From contig CAWGJT010000010.1 of NCBI GenBank assembly GCA_963822965.1, positions 1,088,001 to 1,152,000 on the forward strand: DNA of 64,000 nucleotides, written 5' to 3'. This document shows positions 49,154-63,140 of the stretch, piece after piece (the first letter of the stretch is position 1; each line of letters begins with the position of its first letter). Below the pieces are notes generated by a model. The model did not search any database. It worked only from the letters and a program-made list of their open reading frames with translations, and was not told where the DNA came from. The stretch comes from an uncultured delta proteobacterium (GTDB lineage Bacteria > Myxococcota_A > UBA9160 > UBA4427). The position numbers were made by a program, and so were the translations under genes.

Positions 49154-49533
49154 GAAGGCTCCTCCCGGCGCTCGAGCACCACCTGGCTCAGGCAGGCGGC
49201 GGCGTCGTGGGTGAGGGTGAGGGCGACGTGGGTCACGCCCAGGCGCCCGGCGGCGGCGGCCGCCGCGCCGTGGAAGCGCATCTCGGGCGCCCGGCCCGGC
49301 GCGCGACACACCTCGAGCTCTTGCCAGCGGGCGGCCGGCATTCCCAGGGCGCGCCGGGCGGCGATCTTGGCGGCGAGCCGCACCGCCAGGCTCTCGTGCC
49401 CCCGCGCCTTGCGGGCCGCGAACGCGCGCTCGCCCGGCGTGAAGAGACGGCGCTGGAGACGCTCGCCGAAGCGCGCCTCGACGGCCTCGAAGCGGGGCAC
49501 GTCCAGCCACTCGATCCCGAATCCGACGATCAC
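49150..49533 (-). CDS. acpS: Holo-ACP synthase homologue with altered catalytic motif
   Basis: IVGFGIE, FTPGE, LA.R.AAK.A..ALG, LTHD pattern; canonical position after pdxJ. Confidence 0.8.
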   Translation of the reverse strand: MIVGFGIEWLDVPRFEAVEARFGERLQRRLFTPGERAFAARKARGHESLAVRLAAKIAARRALGMPAARWQELEVCRAPGRAPEMRFHGAAAAAAGRLGVTHVALTLTHDAAACLSQVVLERREEPS

Positions 49534-49591
49534 GGCGCCTCCGAGGGGTCGGCTGCGGCCTCTCGCGCGGGCGACCCGAAGCGGGGAACCC

Positions 49592-50303
49592 TTACCGGAT
49601 GAGCGCGACGAAGTCCCGCACGGCGCGATCCATCCCCACCAGCAGGGCGCGCGCGAGCAGCGCCCGACCCACGGAGATGCGATCGGCCGAGGGCGCCACG
49701 GGCAGCGCCTCGGAGACCGAGCGGTAGTCGAGACCACCTCCCACGCCCACCACCATGCGCAGCTTGGCGGCCAGGCGCGCGGCGTCTGCCAGGGCCTCGA
49801 GCCGAGCCGCGCCGCTCGACGGGCGGCAGGTCGACCGTCGCCCCGGTGAAGAGCTCCACCCGGTGCACCCCGAGCCCGTGCGCCGCCTTCACCGACTCGA
49901 GCGCCGGCGTCACCAGCATGGCCACCTCGATGCCGGCCTCCTCGAGCGAGCGCACGATGGGCGCCAGCGCCGAGCTCTGGGAGCGCAGCTCGACGGGCCG
50001 CGAGGCCAGGGTGCCCTCGAAGGTGTCGCCGGCCAGCAGCACCATGTCGGGCCGGGTCTCGAGGGCCACCTTCAGCAGGCTCTGGCTCACGGACATGCGC
50101 AGCTCGAAGAGCCGCGCCGACCGGCGCAGCCACTGCACGTCCACCTCGGCCACGGGACGCAGATCCTCGTTGATGCCGAGCCGGATGGCATCCACGCCGG
50201 CCAGCTCGGCCAGGCTGGTGGCAGCGGCCAGATCCAGATGGGTGCCGCCCGAGATCTCGCGCAGGGCGGGCAGGCAGTCGAGACACAGGCTCAGCTTGCG
50301 CAT
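49592..50303 (-). CDS. pdxJ: Pyridoxine 5'-phosphate synthase homologue, active site degenerate (apparent frameshift near 49800)
   Basis: Collinear with PdxJ ([38 protein letters not shown]); between glmM and acpS. Confidence 0.8.
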
Positions 50304-50306
50304 CCG

Positions 50307-51679
50307 TCAGGCTCCCGCCGCCAGGGCGCGCTTGAGCTCGTCGGCCAGGTCCTCGGCCAGCTCCCGCACCCGCGACTCCGACTCGCCTTCGACCATCACG
50401 CGGGCCTTCAGCTCGGTGCCGCTGAAGCGGATCAGCACCCGGCCGCGGTCCCGCAGCTCGTCCTCCACCTTGCGGATGGCGCTCTGCAGCGTGGGAAGGC
50501 TCTCCAGCGGAACCCGCCGCGCCACGGGAACGTTCTTCATCACCTGGGGAAAGCGCTCGAAGCCCGCCGTCAGCTCCGAGAGCGGACGCTGCTTGCGCAC
50601 CATCGCGCCCAGCACCTGCAGGGCGCACATCAGCCCGTCGCCGGTGGTGGTCTGGTCCAGGAACACGACGTGGCCGGACTGCTCGCCGCCCAGGTTGTAT
50701 CCGCCGGCGCGCATGGCGTCCACCACGTAGCGGTCGCCCACCTGGGTGCGCACCAGGTCGAGGCCCAGCGCGTCCAGGGCGCGCTCGAGGCCCAGGTTGC
50801 TCATCACCGTGGCCACCACGCCGCCGCCTCGTAGGCGCTCGCGCTCGAGCATGTCCCGGGCGCAGAGCGCCATCAGCGACGTCGCCGTCCAGGATCTCGC
50901 CCTTCTCGTCGACCAGCACCACGCGGTCGGCGTCGCCGTCCACCGCCACGCCCACGTCGGCCCGCAGCTCGCGCACCTTCGCCGCCGTCTTCTCGGGGTG
51001 CAGCGAGCCGCAGTCGAGGTTGATGTTGCGGCCGTTCGGCTCGACGCCCAGGGCGAACACCTCGGCGCCCAGCTCGCGCAGCACCAGCGGGCCCACCTTG
51101 TAGCCGGCGCCGTTCGCGCAATCGAGCACCATGCGCAGGCCGTCGAGGGAGTGCTCCTTCGGGAAGGTGTTCTTGAGGAAGACGACGTAGCGCCCCGCCG
51201 CGTCATCGATCCGGCGGGCCGGGCCGACCTCGTCCGGGGGCGCCAGGAAGCTCGACGACCTCGTCGGAGAGGACGAGCTCCTCGATGCGGTGCTCGATGG
51301 CGTCGTCGAGCTTGAAGCCGTCGCTGCCGAAGAACTTGATGCCGTTGTCCTGGTAGGGATTGTGGCTGGCCGTGATCATCACGCCGGCGTCGCAGCGCAT
51401 GTCGACGGTGAGGAAGGCCAGCGCCGGGGTGGGCATCGGGCCCACCTGCATGACGCTGCCGCCCATCGAGCTGATGCCCGCGGCCAGGGCGTCCTCGAAC
51501 ATGTAGCCCGACAGCCGGGTGTCCTTGCCGATGAGGATGCGCCGCCCGCCGTCGCGCCGCCCCCGGAACACGTAGGCGGCGGCCTGCCCCAGGCGCAGCG
51601 CCATGGACGCCGTCATGGGGTGGAGGTTGGCGGTCCCCCGCACGCCGTCGGTACCGAACAGCTTCCGCTTGTCGCTCAT
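50307..51679 (-). CDS. glmM: Phosphoglucosamine mutase (apparent frameshifts)
   Basis: [42 protein letters not shown]. Confidence 0.94.
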
Positions 51680-52429
51680 CCCTGGGTTCGCTCCCGGTCG
51701 TTTCGTGGCTTGCTTCGCTCATCGGCGGTTCTCGGCGGAACTCCACCGAGTTCTTCCAGGGACTGCGCTTGGGGGGCCTGGACCGGCTCCACGACGATCT
51801 GCACCTTGACCGGGTCCTTGCTCTCCGGCCAGACGGTTCCGCTCCCCAGGACGAGCCGGGCCTGCACCTCCTTGCTGTCCCGCAGGTCCGGAGACGTCGA
51901 TGGGCTCGGTCTGCACCTCGGCCACCCGCATCACGTGGCTGCGGGCGCCGGCCAGCCACACCCGGTCGGGCACCACCCGCACCTCGGTCAGCGCGAAGCC
52001 CTCGGCGGGGCTGCCCTGGATGTCGGGCTTCACCGACACCTCCTTGCGGCCCTTGCGTTCGAGGCGGATCTGGATGCGGCTGGGCGAGTGGCTGACGAAG
52101 CGGGCCCGCCGAGGCAGCTCGATGCCCGCCAGGTCGACCTCGAACTCGGCCACCCCGGGCTTCACGTTCGAGACGTCGATCTCGTACTTCATGCGCTTGT
52201 CGTCGAGGTTGCGCAGGGCCGCGCGGCTGCCCTGCACGCCCACGTTCACCTCGGAGGCGCTCTGGTCGGTGACCACCAGGGACTCGTCCACGCCGTGGAT
52301 CTCCACCGGGATGTCGAACGAGTAGCGGATATCGGTCGAACCCTGGGCGACGGCCCACAGGAACACCGCGATCGACCAGCGCGAGCAGCATCAGACCGGG
52401 ACGGAAGTTGGATCGACGGGACTTGGCCA

Positions 52430-52430
<1 letters not shown>
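51676..52430 (-). CDS. cdaR: YbbR/CdaR-like regulator of diadenylate cyclase (apparent frameshifts)
   Basis: N-terminal TM (..AVFLW), YbbR-like beta repeats; between cdaA and glmM. Confidence 0.8.
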
Positions 52431-53298
<868 letters not shown>

Positions 53299-53302
<4 letters not shown>

Positions 53303-54178
53303 GACAGCTCCTTCCGGCGGGCGTCGCGCAGCGCGCGTCCCACGGCCACGGCGCGGCGCACCGGCCCCGGCTCGTGGACGCGGACGGCGTCGGCCCCCGC
53401 GAAGGCGGCCACCGCGCAGGCGGCCTGGGTGGCCGTCTCGCGCTCGCCCAACGGATCGCCGGTGAGGGCGCCGAGGAAGGACTTGCGGGACGGCCCCACG
53501 AGCACCGGGCACCCCAGCCGCTCGCGCAGCCAGCCGGCGTGGGCGATCAGCTCGAGGTTGTCGTGCAGGCCCTTGCCGAAGCCGATGCCCGGGTCGATGG
53601 CGAGCCGGTCTTCCTGCACCCCGGCGTGCCGGCGCGCGCTGGAGCGAGGCCTCGAGCTCGCCGGCCACCTCGCGCAGCACGTCGTCGAAGCGCGGCGACT
53701 GCTGCATGGTGGCCGGGGTGCCGCGCATGTGGCCCAGGATGAGATAGGCGTCCGCGTCGGCGGCCACCGCGAGCAGCTCGGGGTCGAAGGCCCCGCCGGA
53801 GACGTCGTTCACCGCGCCGGCGCCCGCGGCCAGCGCCGCCCGGGCGACCGGGGCCTTGCGGGTGTCGACGGAGACCCGCGCCCGCAGCTCGGCGACCAGC
53901 GCCTCGACGACGGGCACCACCCGCTGGCACTCGGTCTCCACCGGGACGTCCCGGGCGCCGGGTCGGGTCGACTCGCCGCCCACGTCGAGCCAGTCCGCGC
54001 CGTCTTCCAGCAGCGCCCGTCCGGCCGCCACCACCGCGGCCAGGTCGACGGCGTCGTCGTTCCCACCCCCCGCGAAGCGGCCGCCGTCGGAGAAGGAGTC
54101 CGGTGTCACGTTGAGCACCCCCAGGATGGTGACCTTGTCCTTCGGAAAGATCGGCGGGAAGCTCGACTCGTCTCTCAT
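53299..54178 (-). CDS. folP: Dihydropteroate synthase (apparent frameshift near 53630)
   Basis: [40 protein letters not shown]. Confidence 0.94.
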
Positions 54179-54236
54179 CGGCGTCCTTGGCTCTCCGGCG
54201 GGAAGGTCAGGGGGGTGATCTTCATTCCGCTCCGCG

Positions 54237-56162
<1,926 letters not shown>

Positions 56163-56411
56163 TACCGGACCTCGACCACAGGTGGATTCCGCTCGTTCGA
56201 GCAGCCTAGCCGTTCAGTGACGGATGACCGGCCAGCGCTCCCGGTTCCGAACCGTCGTTTTCCTTCGAGCTCTCGGCCGGCGTCTCTCGCTCGATCTTCT
56301 TCCGATCGGTCGATCGATCGATCGTACGATGCCCCCCCAGGGCACCAAACACCGGCCTATACCGCCAACCGAGTAACTTAGCATGTTCCCCGCGGGTTTA
56401 CCCGATCCGGG

Positions 56412-57414
56412 TCAAGCGTCGGATGCACGCTGCAGGACGAAGGTCGCTGCCGATTCCCTGCACACGCAGATTCCGCCGGGCAACTCGATCCGGGCTCCTG
56501 TCCTCCCTCCTCTCAGGAAGCCGAGCACGCGCATGAGGTGCGTGCGGCTCAGGTCGCGCCCGCCCCCGCACTCGAGCAGCGCGTGCTTCACGAGACGCCG
56601 CGACAGCGCCTCGGGACGCTCGCGCCAGCCCGCCGCCGCGATGGCCACGGCTCCGTCGGCCCGAGGCGTGAAGACCCGGGCCGCCTCGGCCCGGACCATT
56701 CCGTCCACCCATTCGGTCTCCCTTCTCTGCGCTTCGGCAAGATCGCCGATGGCCCTGAGAAGCCGCGGGTTCCAGTCGCGCACGAGGCCGGGCAGCAGGT
56801 CGGCCCGCATGCGGCTGCGGGTGTAGCGGGGATCGCGATTCGAGGGATCCTCGCGCCAGGCGAGGCCGTGCCGGGCCGCGTACGCCTCGAGCTCGCTGCG
56901 CGACACGCCGAGCAGCGGGCGGATCGTCGTGCCGTCGGGCGAGGTCTCGCCGATGCCGCCCAGGGAATCGGGCCCGCAGCCCCGCAGCAGGCGCATGAGC
57001 ACGGTCTCGGCCTGGTCGTCGGCGTGGTGGCCGGTGGCGATGCGATAACAGGCCAGGCGCGCGGCAATTCGGGAGAGCGCCGCGCGGCGCACCCGGCGGG
57101 CGGCCTCCTGGGGCGTGGGACGCGAGCGGCTGGGCTCGCCCTCGCGCAGGGAAGCCGGATCGACGCGCTCCATGCCGAAGGGCACGCCCAGGCTCGCCGC
57201 CAGGTCGGCCACGAAGGCCTCGTCGGCCTCGGACTCGGGGCCGCGCAGGCCGTGGTTCACGTGGCCCAGCGCCAGCTCGAAGCCCAGGGGCTCGCGCAGC
57301 GCAAGCCAGCACGTGGGCGAGCACGGTGGAGTCGAGGCCGCCGGAAGCCGCCACCAGCACGCGCCGCCCCGCCAGGTCCAGGCCGGCGAGCGCTGCCTCG
57401 ACCCGCTCGCGCAT
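56412..57414 (-). CDS. tilS: tRNA(Ile)-lysidine synthetase (apparent frameshift near 57310)
   Basis: ASGGLDS, HVNHGLR, TGHHADDQAET, IRPLL, EDPSN. Confidence 0.92.
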
Positions 57415-57429
57415 GACCGCGCCCCGCCC

Positions 57430-58335
57430 CTACTCGCGCAGCGCCGAGGCGCTACCCACGAGCACCTTCGCACCGGCTTCGGAGCCGCCCACCTTGTCCA
57501 CCCACACGTCGCAGTGCACCCGGGTGCGGGTTCCCTCGCGCACCTCTTCGCGCACCTTGGCGTGGGTGGCCACGGTCTCGTCCACCCACAGCACGTTGGT
57601 GAACTTCACCGACATCTCGCCGCCCCGCAGCCAGCCCATGCCGAAGGCGTCCTGCATGACGCGCGAGACGAAGCAGGTGGACATCATCCCCTGCACCACG
57701 ATGTTCGGGAAGCCCAGCTTCTTCGCCTGCTCGGCGTCGGTGTGGTAGTTGCGGCCGGGCCCCGAGAACATCCAGCAGCGCCGGGCGTCGATGGTGGTGG
57801 TGGTGCCCGGCAGGTCTTCGCCCGTGGCGGTGGGGAACGGCGGCCGCGGGGCCTTCTTGGCGGCGGTCTTCTCGTCCACCACGAAGCCCTCTCTTTCCGG
57901 GGCCTTCTCTTCGGCCTTCTCTTCGCCCTTCTCGGACTTCGGGGGCAGGAACGACTGGTGGGTGTGGCCGCGCACCAGCAGACGGCCATCGTCGGCGTCC
58001 ATCACGTCGGTCTCGTTCAGGATGACGTCGCGGCCGCGCTTCTGGTAGCGCTCGATGATGGTGGAGCGGGTGCGCACGCGGCTGCCCACCCGGATGGGCG
58101 CGAAGAGCCGCCAGTCCTGCTGCAGGTGCAGGTTCCCGAACAGGTTCTTCAGGTACCACTCGCCCACGAACTTGTAGCACTCGGAGTGGTAGAGGAGCGG
58201 CGGCGCGTACTCGGCCTGCAGCGGGTGGTGGTCGTCCAGGGCGTCCGCGTAGAAGGAGACGACCTCCTTCGTCACCTCGTACTCGTTCGAGCCGCAGTGC
58301 CGACCGACGTAGGCCGGCTGCCCGAGCAGGTTCAT
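57430..58335 (-). CDS. Double hotdog-fold MaoC-like dehydratase
   Basis: NYHTD..AKKLGFPNIVVQGM motif; N-terminal hotdog ERYQKRGR. Confidence 0.8.
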   Translation of the reverse strand: MNLLGQPAYVGRHCGSNEYEVTKEVVSFYADALDDHHPLQAEYAPPLLYHSECYKFVGEWYLKNLFGNLHLQQDWRLFAPIRVGSRVRTRSTIIERYQKRGRDVILNETDVMDADDGRLLVRGHTHQSFLPPKSEKGEEKAEEKAPEREGFVVDEKTAAKKAPRPPFPTATGEDLPGTTTTIDARRCWMFSGPGRNYHTDAEQAKKLGFPNIVVQGMMSTCFVSRVMQDAFGMGWLRGGEMSVKFTNVLWVDETVATHAKVREEVREGTRTRVHCDVWVDKVGGSEAGAKVLVGSASALRE

Positions 58336-58465
58336 GGTGGTCTCCTCTCCGTCTCTCTCGTCGCCTGGCTCCGCCTGGCTCTCGCTGGACCTTCCGGCCT
58401 CTTCCGACCGCATGGTACCCGCCTCGGGGTGGCGGTGCCGGGAGCGGCCGGTTATTCCCCTGCCC

Positions 58466-60092
58466 ATGCTCGACGCGAGCCACAACGCCGCCAGCTGGAT
58501 CGCCAAGTGGGCGGCCGTCGACGGCGAGCGTCTGGCGGTGGCCGACGACCACCGGCGGCTCTCGTACGCCGACCTCGACCACCGCATCGCCCGACTGGCG
58601 GGCTGGCTCGACACCCAGGGCGTCGCCGCGGGCGATCGCGTCGCCATCCTGGTGGGCAACCGTTCGGCCATGCTCGAGACGGTCTTCGCCGCCGCGCGCT
58701 TGGGCGCCATCGCCCTGCCCGTCAACACGCGCCTCTCGCCCCGCGAGATCCAGTTCCTGCTGGACGACGCGCGCCCCACGGCGCTGGTGCACGAGGAGCA
58801 CTTCCGCGAGCTGGCCGAGCACGCCTGCACCCTGGCCCGGGAGGCGCCGCGCGTGCGCCTCGAGGTGACCGACGAGAGCCGCCCCGCCCCGGGCTGCACC
58901 GACTACGAGGCCGCCCTCGCCGGCCATCCGCCCCTGGCCGAGGTGGCCCCGGCGAGCCCCGAAGACCCGATGATCCTGATGTACACCTCGGGCACCACGG
59001 GCCACCCGAAGGGCGCCCTGCTCCCCCACCGCAAGGCGCTCTACAACAGCCGCAACGCCGAGATCTACTTCGGCATCCAGCCGAGCGACCGGGTGCTGGT
59101 GGTGTCGCCGCTCTTCCATTCACTGGGCCTGCAGATCCTGTCGCTGCCCGTCCTCTACTGCGGCGCCGCCCTCGTCGTGCAGGCGCACTTCGACCCCGAG
59201 CGGCTGCTCGACGCCGTGGCGCGCGAGAAGATCACCTATCTCGGCGCCGTGCCCGACGGTGTACCAGCGCGTGCTCGACGCCCTCGAGGCCGCGCCCGAA
59301 GGCACCTGGGACCTGCGCTCGCTGCGCTTCCTCTTCACCGCCGGCGCCGCGGCCCCGGCCGAGCTGGTGCGCGCCTACAAGCGCCGGGGCCTGCTGCTGG
59401 TGCAGGGCTACGGGCAGACCGAGAGCTCGACCCTCACGTGCCTCGCCGCCGAGGACGCCGAGCGCAAGGCCGGCAGCGTCGGCCTGCCCGTCCACCACGC
59501 GAAGCTGCGCATCGTCTCCCTCGACACCATCGACGGACCCGTCGACGACTGGCGCGACGTGGAGTCCGGCACGGCGACGCTTCCGGCGAGAACGTCCCCG
59601 GCGAGAAGGGCGAGATCGTGGTGCGCGGCCCGATCGTGATGCTGGGCTACTGGGAGCGGCCCGAGGCCACCGCCGAAACCCTGCGCGACGGCTGGCTGCG
59701 CACGGGCGACCTGGCCACCCGCGACGAGGAGGGCTTCATCACCCTGGTGGGCCGCTCGCGCGAGATGTTCATCTCGGGCGGCGAGAACGTCTATCCCGCC
59801 GAGGTGGAGGCCAGCTACAGCGAGCACCCCGCCATCCGCGAGATCGCCGTCGTCGGCATCCCCGACCCGCGCTGGGGCGAGACCGGCCGCGCCCACGTCG
59901 TCCTCGAGCCCGGCGCCGACCGCCACCGCCGAAGAGCTAGCGACCTGGGGCAAGGAGCGCCTCGCGCGCTTCAAGCTCCCGAGCGAGTTCGTCTTCGAGA
60001 AGGAGCTGCCGAAGACGGCGTCGGGAAAGGTGCAGAAGCACCGGCTGGGCGGCGGCGACGACTCCGGTCGGGCCGGGTCGCACGGCGCGTAG
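58466..60092 (+). CDS. AMP-forming acyl-CoA synthetase (apparent frameshifts)
   Basis: YTSGTTGHPKG, GYGQTE, WLRTGD, SGGENVYPAEVE, LPKTASGKV. Confidence 0.92.
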
Positions 60093-60190
60093 ACCCGGAG
60101 CTTCCCGAGCGGGCGCGTGCAAGCTTCCTTCTCGGCGGGACCCCGCTCGAGCCCCGGGAACCTGGGGAGAAGCCGACGAAGGCCTGCGAT

Positions 60191-60300
60191 CGCGTCGAGA
60201 CCTAGCAAGAGGAGGATGGCCGCTTCCTGGCGGAGGTCGTCGACCCTCCCGGCGTCATGGCCTACGGGGACTGCGCCGACGCAGCACTGGCCCACACCAG
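60191..60300 (+). pseudogene. HicB-family antitoxin fragment with in-frame stop
   Basis: RVET*QEEDGRFLAEVVDPPGVMAYGDCADAALA matches the HicB EEDG...AEVPELPGVMAYG pattern; TAG at 60203. Confidence 0.65.
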
Positions 60301-60488
60301 GTCGTGTACGAAGACCTCACGTTCCGGCCCGGATCGCAAGGCGACCGACCCACCGGGCGCCGTTCGTCGAGTTTCGGAACCCGAGCATCCCGCACCCGAA
60401 GCTCGAGATGACCGTGGCGTTCGGTAGGCAATCACGGTGATGCGTGTCGAGAGCCTTCCCCCGGTTCGCGGCGCGTGAGGATGCCGCG

Positions 60489-60565
60489 TGGTAGCGGTGG
60501 TTGGACTTGAACCAACGACCTACGGCTTATGAAGCCGCCGCTCTAACCGACTGAGCTACACCGCC
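60489..60565 (-). tRNA. tRNA-Met (CAT), probably elongator
   Basis: Reverse complement GGCGGTGTAGCTCAGTCGGTTAGAGCGGCGGCTTCATAAGCCGTAGGTCGTTGGTTCAAGTCCAACCACCGCTACCA; lacks initiator features. Confidence 0.93.
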
Positions 60566-60677
60566 GACCGGGACTCGCGGGGCCGCTCGGGCGAGCGGCC
60601 GGGCGCGGACCGTAGCGCAGCGGTGGGGTGTTGCACGACGTGCGGCGGGGTTTCGGGGCCTGGGGGGCCGGGCGGGC

Positions 60678-61326
60678 CTACTGCGCGGGGCCGGCGACGG
60701 CCGCGGGGCCGGCGGGGGCCTCGCTGCCCACCTTGTCCGAGAGGCCTCGCAGGGCCTGCTCGAGGGCGTCCACCCGGCGCTCCAGGTCCTTCAGGGCGCG
60801 GCTGCTCGGGTAGGTGCCCGGGGTGGCCTCGGCGGCCGCGCGGTCGCTGTAGTCGTGGATCATGAAGCGGGCCACCTTGCCCACCAGGTCGTCGAGGTCG
60901 GGGATGACGTCGGCGATGCTGCCGCTGTGGACGAAGATCTCGCGCAGGGGCTCGTCCTCGCCCTGGGCGGCCGTGCCCGCGCACTGCACGTCCAGGCTGG
61001 CGCCGGTGCCGAAGCGGGTGAACGAGCCGAAGAGCACGAAGTTCGCCTGGGCCTTGCGGGCCATCTCGAGGGCCTTGTCGAGGTTGGTGGTGGCCTTGTC
61101 CGGGATCGTCGACGCGAATCACGTCGAGTCGGAGACGCGCTCGAGGCGCGAGGAGAGCATGTCGCCCAGGCCGCTGCGCAGGTAGTCCGGGTTCTCGGCG
61201 CTGTGCACCACCATGGGCAGCAGCAGCGATGCGGACCCGCTCGTCCGCCCGCGCGGAGGCCGTCGCGCAGCAGGCTGGCGCAGGCCGCGAGGGCCACGCG
61301 AGGAGCACGGTGTTCTTCGAGAGCAT
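60678..61326 (-). CDS. Exported protein with TolB-N/CsgG-like domain and C-terminal coiled coil (apparent frameshifts)
   Basis: LLPMVVHS..YLRSGLGDMLSSRL..ANFVLFGSFTRFG...SLDV pattern. Confidence 0.6.
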
Positions 61327-61399
61327 GCTGGGCGAGGAATCCCGTTCGGGGTCAGCGCGCGCAGACCGCGCCGCATTCTTGGGCATCCCCGGGCGAGCG

Positions 61400-63076
61400 T
61401 CAAGCAAGCGCGCCACGGACCCCCGGCATCGGCCCGCCGCGCCCTTCACGGGCAGCTTGACCGTGAACGAGGAGCCCTCGCCGGGCTCGCTGCGCACCTC
61501 GATGGCGCCGCCGTGATCGGCCACGATCTGGTGGCGTGATCATCAGGCCGAGGCCCGTGCCCTGGTCGGGATCCTTCGTGGTGAAGAACGGATCGAAGAT
61601 GCGCTCGGCCACGTCCTGGCGTCATCCCGCAGCCGTTGTCGTGCACCTCGAGACACATGACGTCGCGCGGGTGGTCGCGGTCGGGCATGACATCGATGCT
61701 GACGAGGCCGCCGGGCGGCGTGGCGTGGATGGCGTTGCAGCGCCAGGTTGATGATCACCTGGTGCATGTGGTCCTTGACGGCCCGCACGGGCACGGCGCC
61801 GTCGCTCACGTGCACGCGCAGCTCGACCCGGGCTTCCTTGGCCTCGGCCTCGAGCAGCAGAGCCGCCCGGCTCGCCAGCTCGCCCAGGTCGACGGCTTCG
61901 GGCTTCAGCTCTTCCATGCCGCCCCGGGCCAGGGCCGACATCGTGGAGACCAGCCCGCGGATGCGCTCGAGCTCGGCGCAGGCCAGCTCGTGGTAGCGCC
62001 CCCAGAACTCGGGGTCGGCCTCGTTGCGCTTCTGCGGGCGCCAGGCTGAGGAAGGTGTGGATCGAGACCAGCGGGTTGTTGATCTCGTGGGCGAGACCGG
62101 CGGCCAGGGTGCCCAGGGTGCCCAGGCGATCGGCGCGCTTCACCTGCTCGCGCGTGCTGCGCAGCTTCTCGACCAGGCGGGCGTTCTCGATGGCCACCAC
62201 CAGCTGCGAGGCCAGCCCGTCGAGCAGGGTGCGCTCGTCGGCCGCCGAAGCGGCGGCTGCCGCTGCGCTGGTCCACCGCCAGGAAGCCGATCACCGCTTC
62301 TTGCTCGACCAGCGGCATCACGATGATCTCGTCGGCCGAGACCTCGGTCATCCAGCGCGCGGACGGCCGGCTCCTGGTCGTCGATGTCCTCCATCTTCAG
62401 CCACTGCACCCGGCCCTCGCGCGAGCGACTCCAGGAAGCGCGGCGCTTCGACTCCTCGGTGATCCGCATCTCCGCACCCGCTCGGCCACCTCGTCCTCGG
62501 GCGCGAAGCCCATCCAGGTGAGGTGCTCGCCGTCGCGGTCGAGCAGGCCCAGCATGGCGCCGTCGAAGCCCAGCTCGCCGTGCGCGGCGCCCAGCACGCA
62601 GCCGCACCAGGCGGTCGAGGTCGAGCTCGCGGTACAGCGATTGCGAGAGCCGGTTCAGCAGCAGCAGCTCGTCGAGCAGCGCCTGGCGCTCGCGCTCGAT
62701 CGCGTAGGTCTCGATGGCCCGGCGCAGCGTGAGCTGCATGTCCTCGGGCTCCCAGGGCTTCGCGATGTAGCGGTAGACCCGGCCGTCGTTGATGGCGTCG
62801 CTCAGGATCTGGGCGTCGCCGTAGGCGGTGACGAGCATGCGGATGCAGCGGTCGTCGATCTCGCTGGGCCGCGGCCAGGAACTCCACGCCGTTCATGCCC
62901 GGCATGCGGTAGTCGGAAAGGATGACGGCCACCGGGTTCCCCTGCAGCAGCCGCAGGGCTTCCTCGGGCGATTGGGCGCTGAGGATCGTGAACTGGCGGC
63001 GGAACGTGAGCTCGAAGATGCGGAGGTTGTCGGGCTCGTCGTCGACGTAGAGGATGGGGAATTCGCGGTGGTCCAT
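61400..63076 (-). CDS. Hybrid sensor kinase REC-GAF-HisKA-HATPase (apparent frameshifts)
   Basis: [50 protein letters not shown]; 3' end approximate. Confidence 0.88.
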
Positions 63077-63140
63077 CAGTCTCACCGGCTTGGGCTGCAT
63101 CGCTCTCCCCTTCCCCTCACTTGCCGCCTCACTCGCACCC

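Noticed and set aside
60489..60565. tRNA-Ile2 or initiator identity for the CAT tRNA near tilS
   Set aside because: Acceptor stem GGCGGTG lacks the C4/C5 typical of Ile2, and there is no C1 mismatch or GGG/CCC anticodon stem; elongator Met fits better
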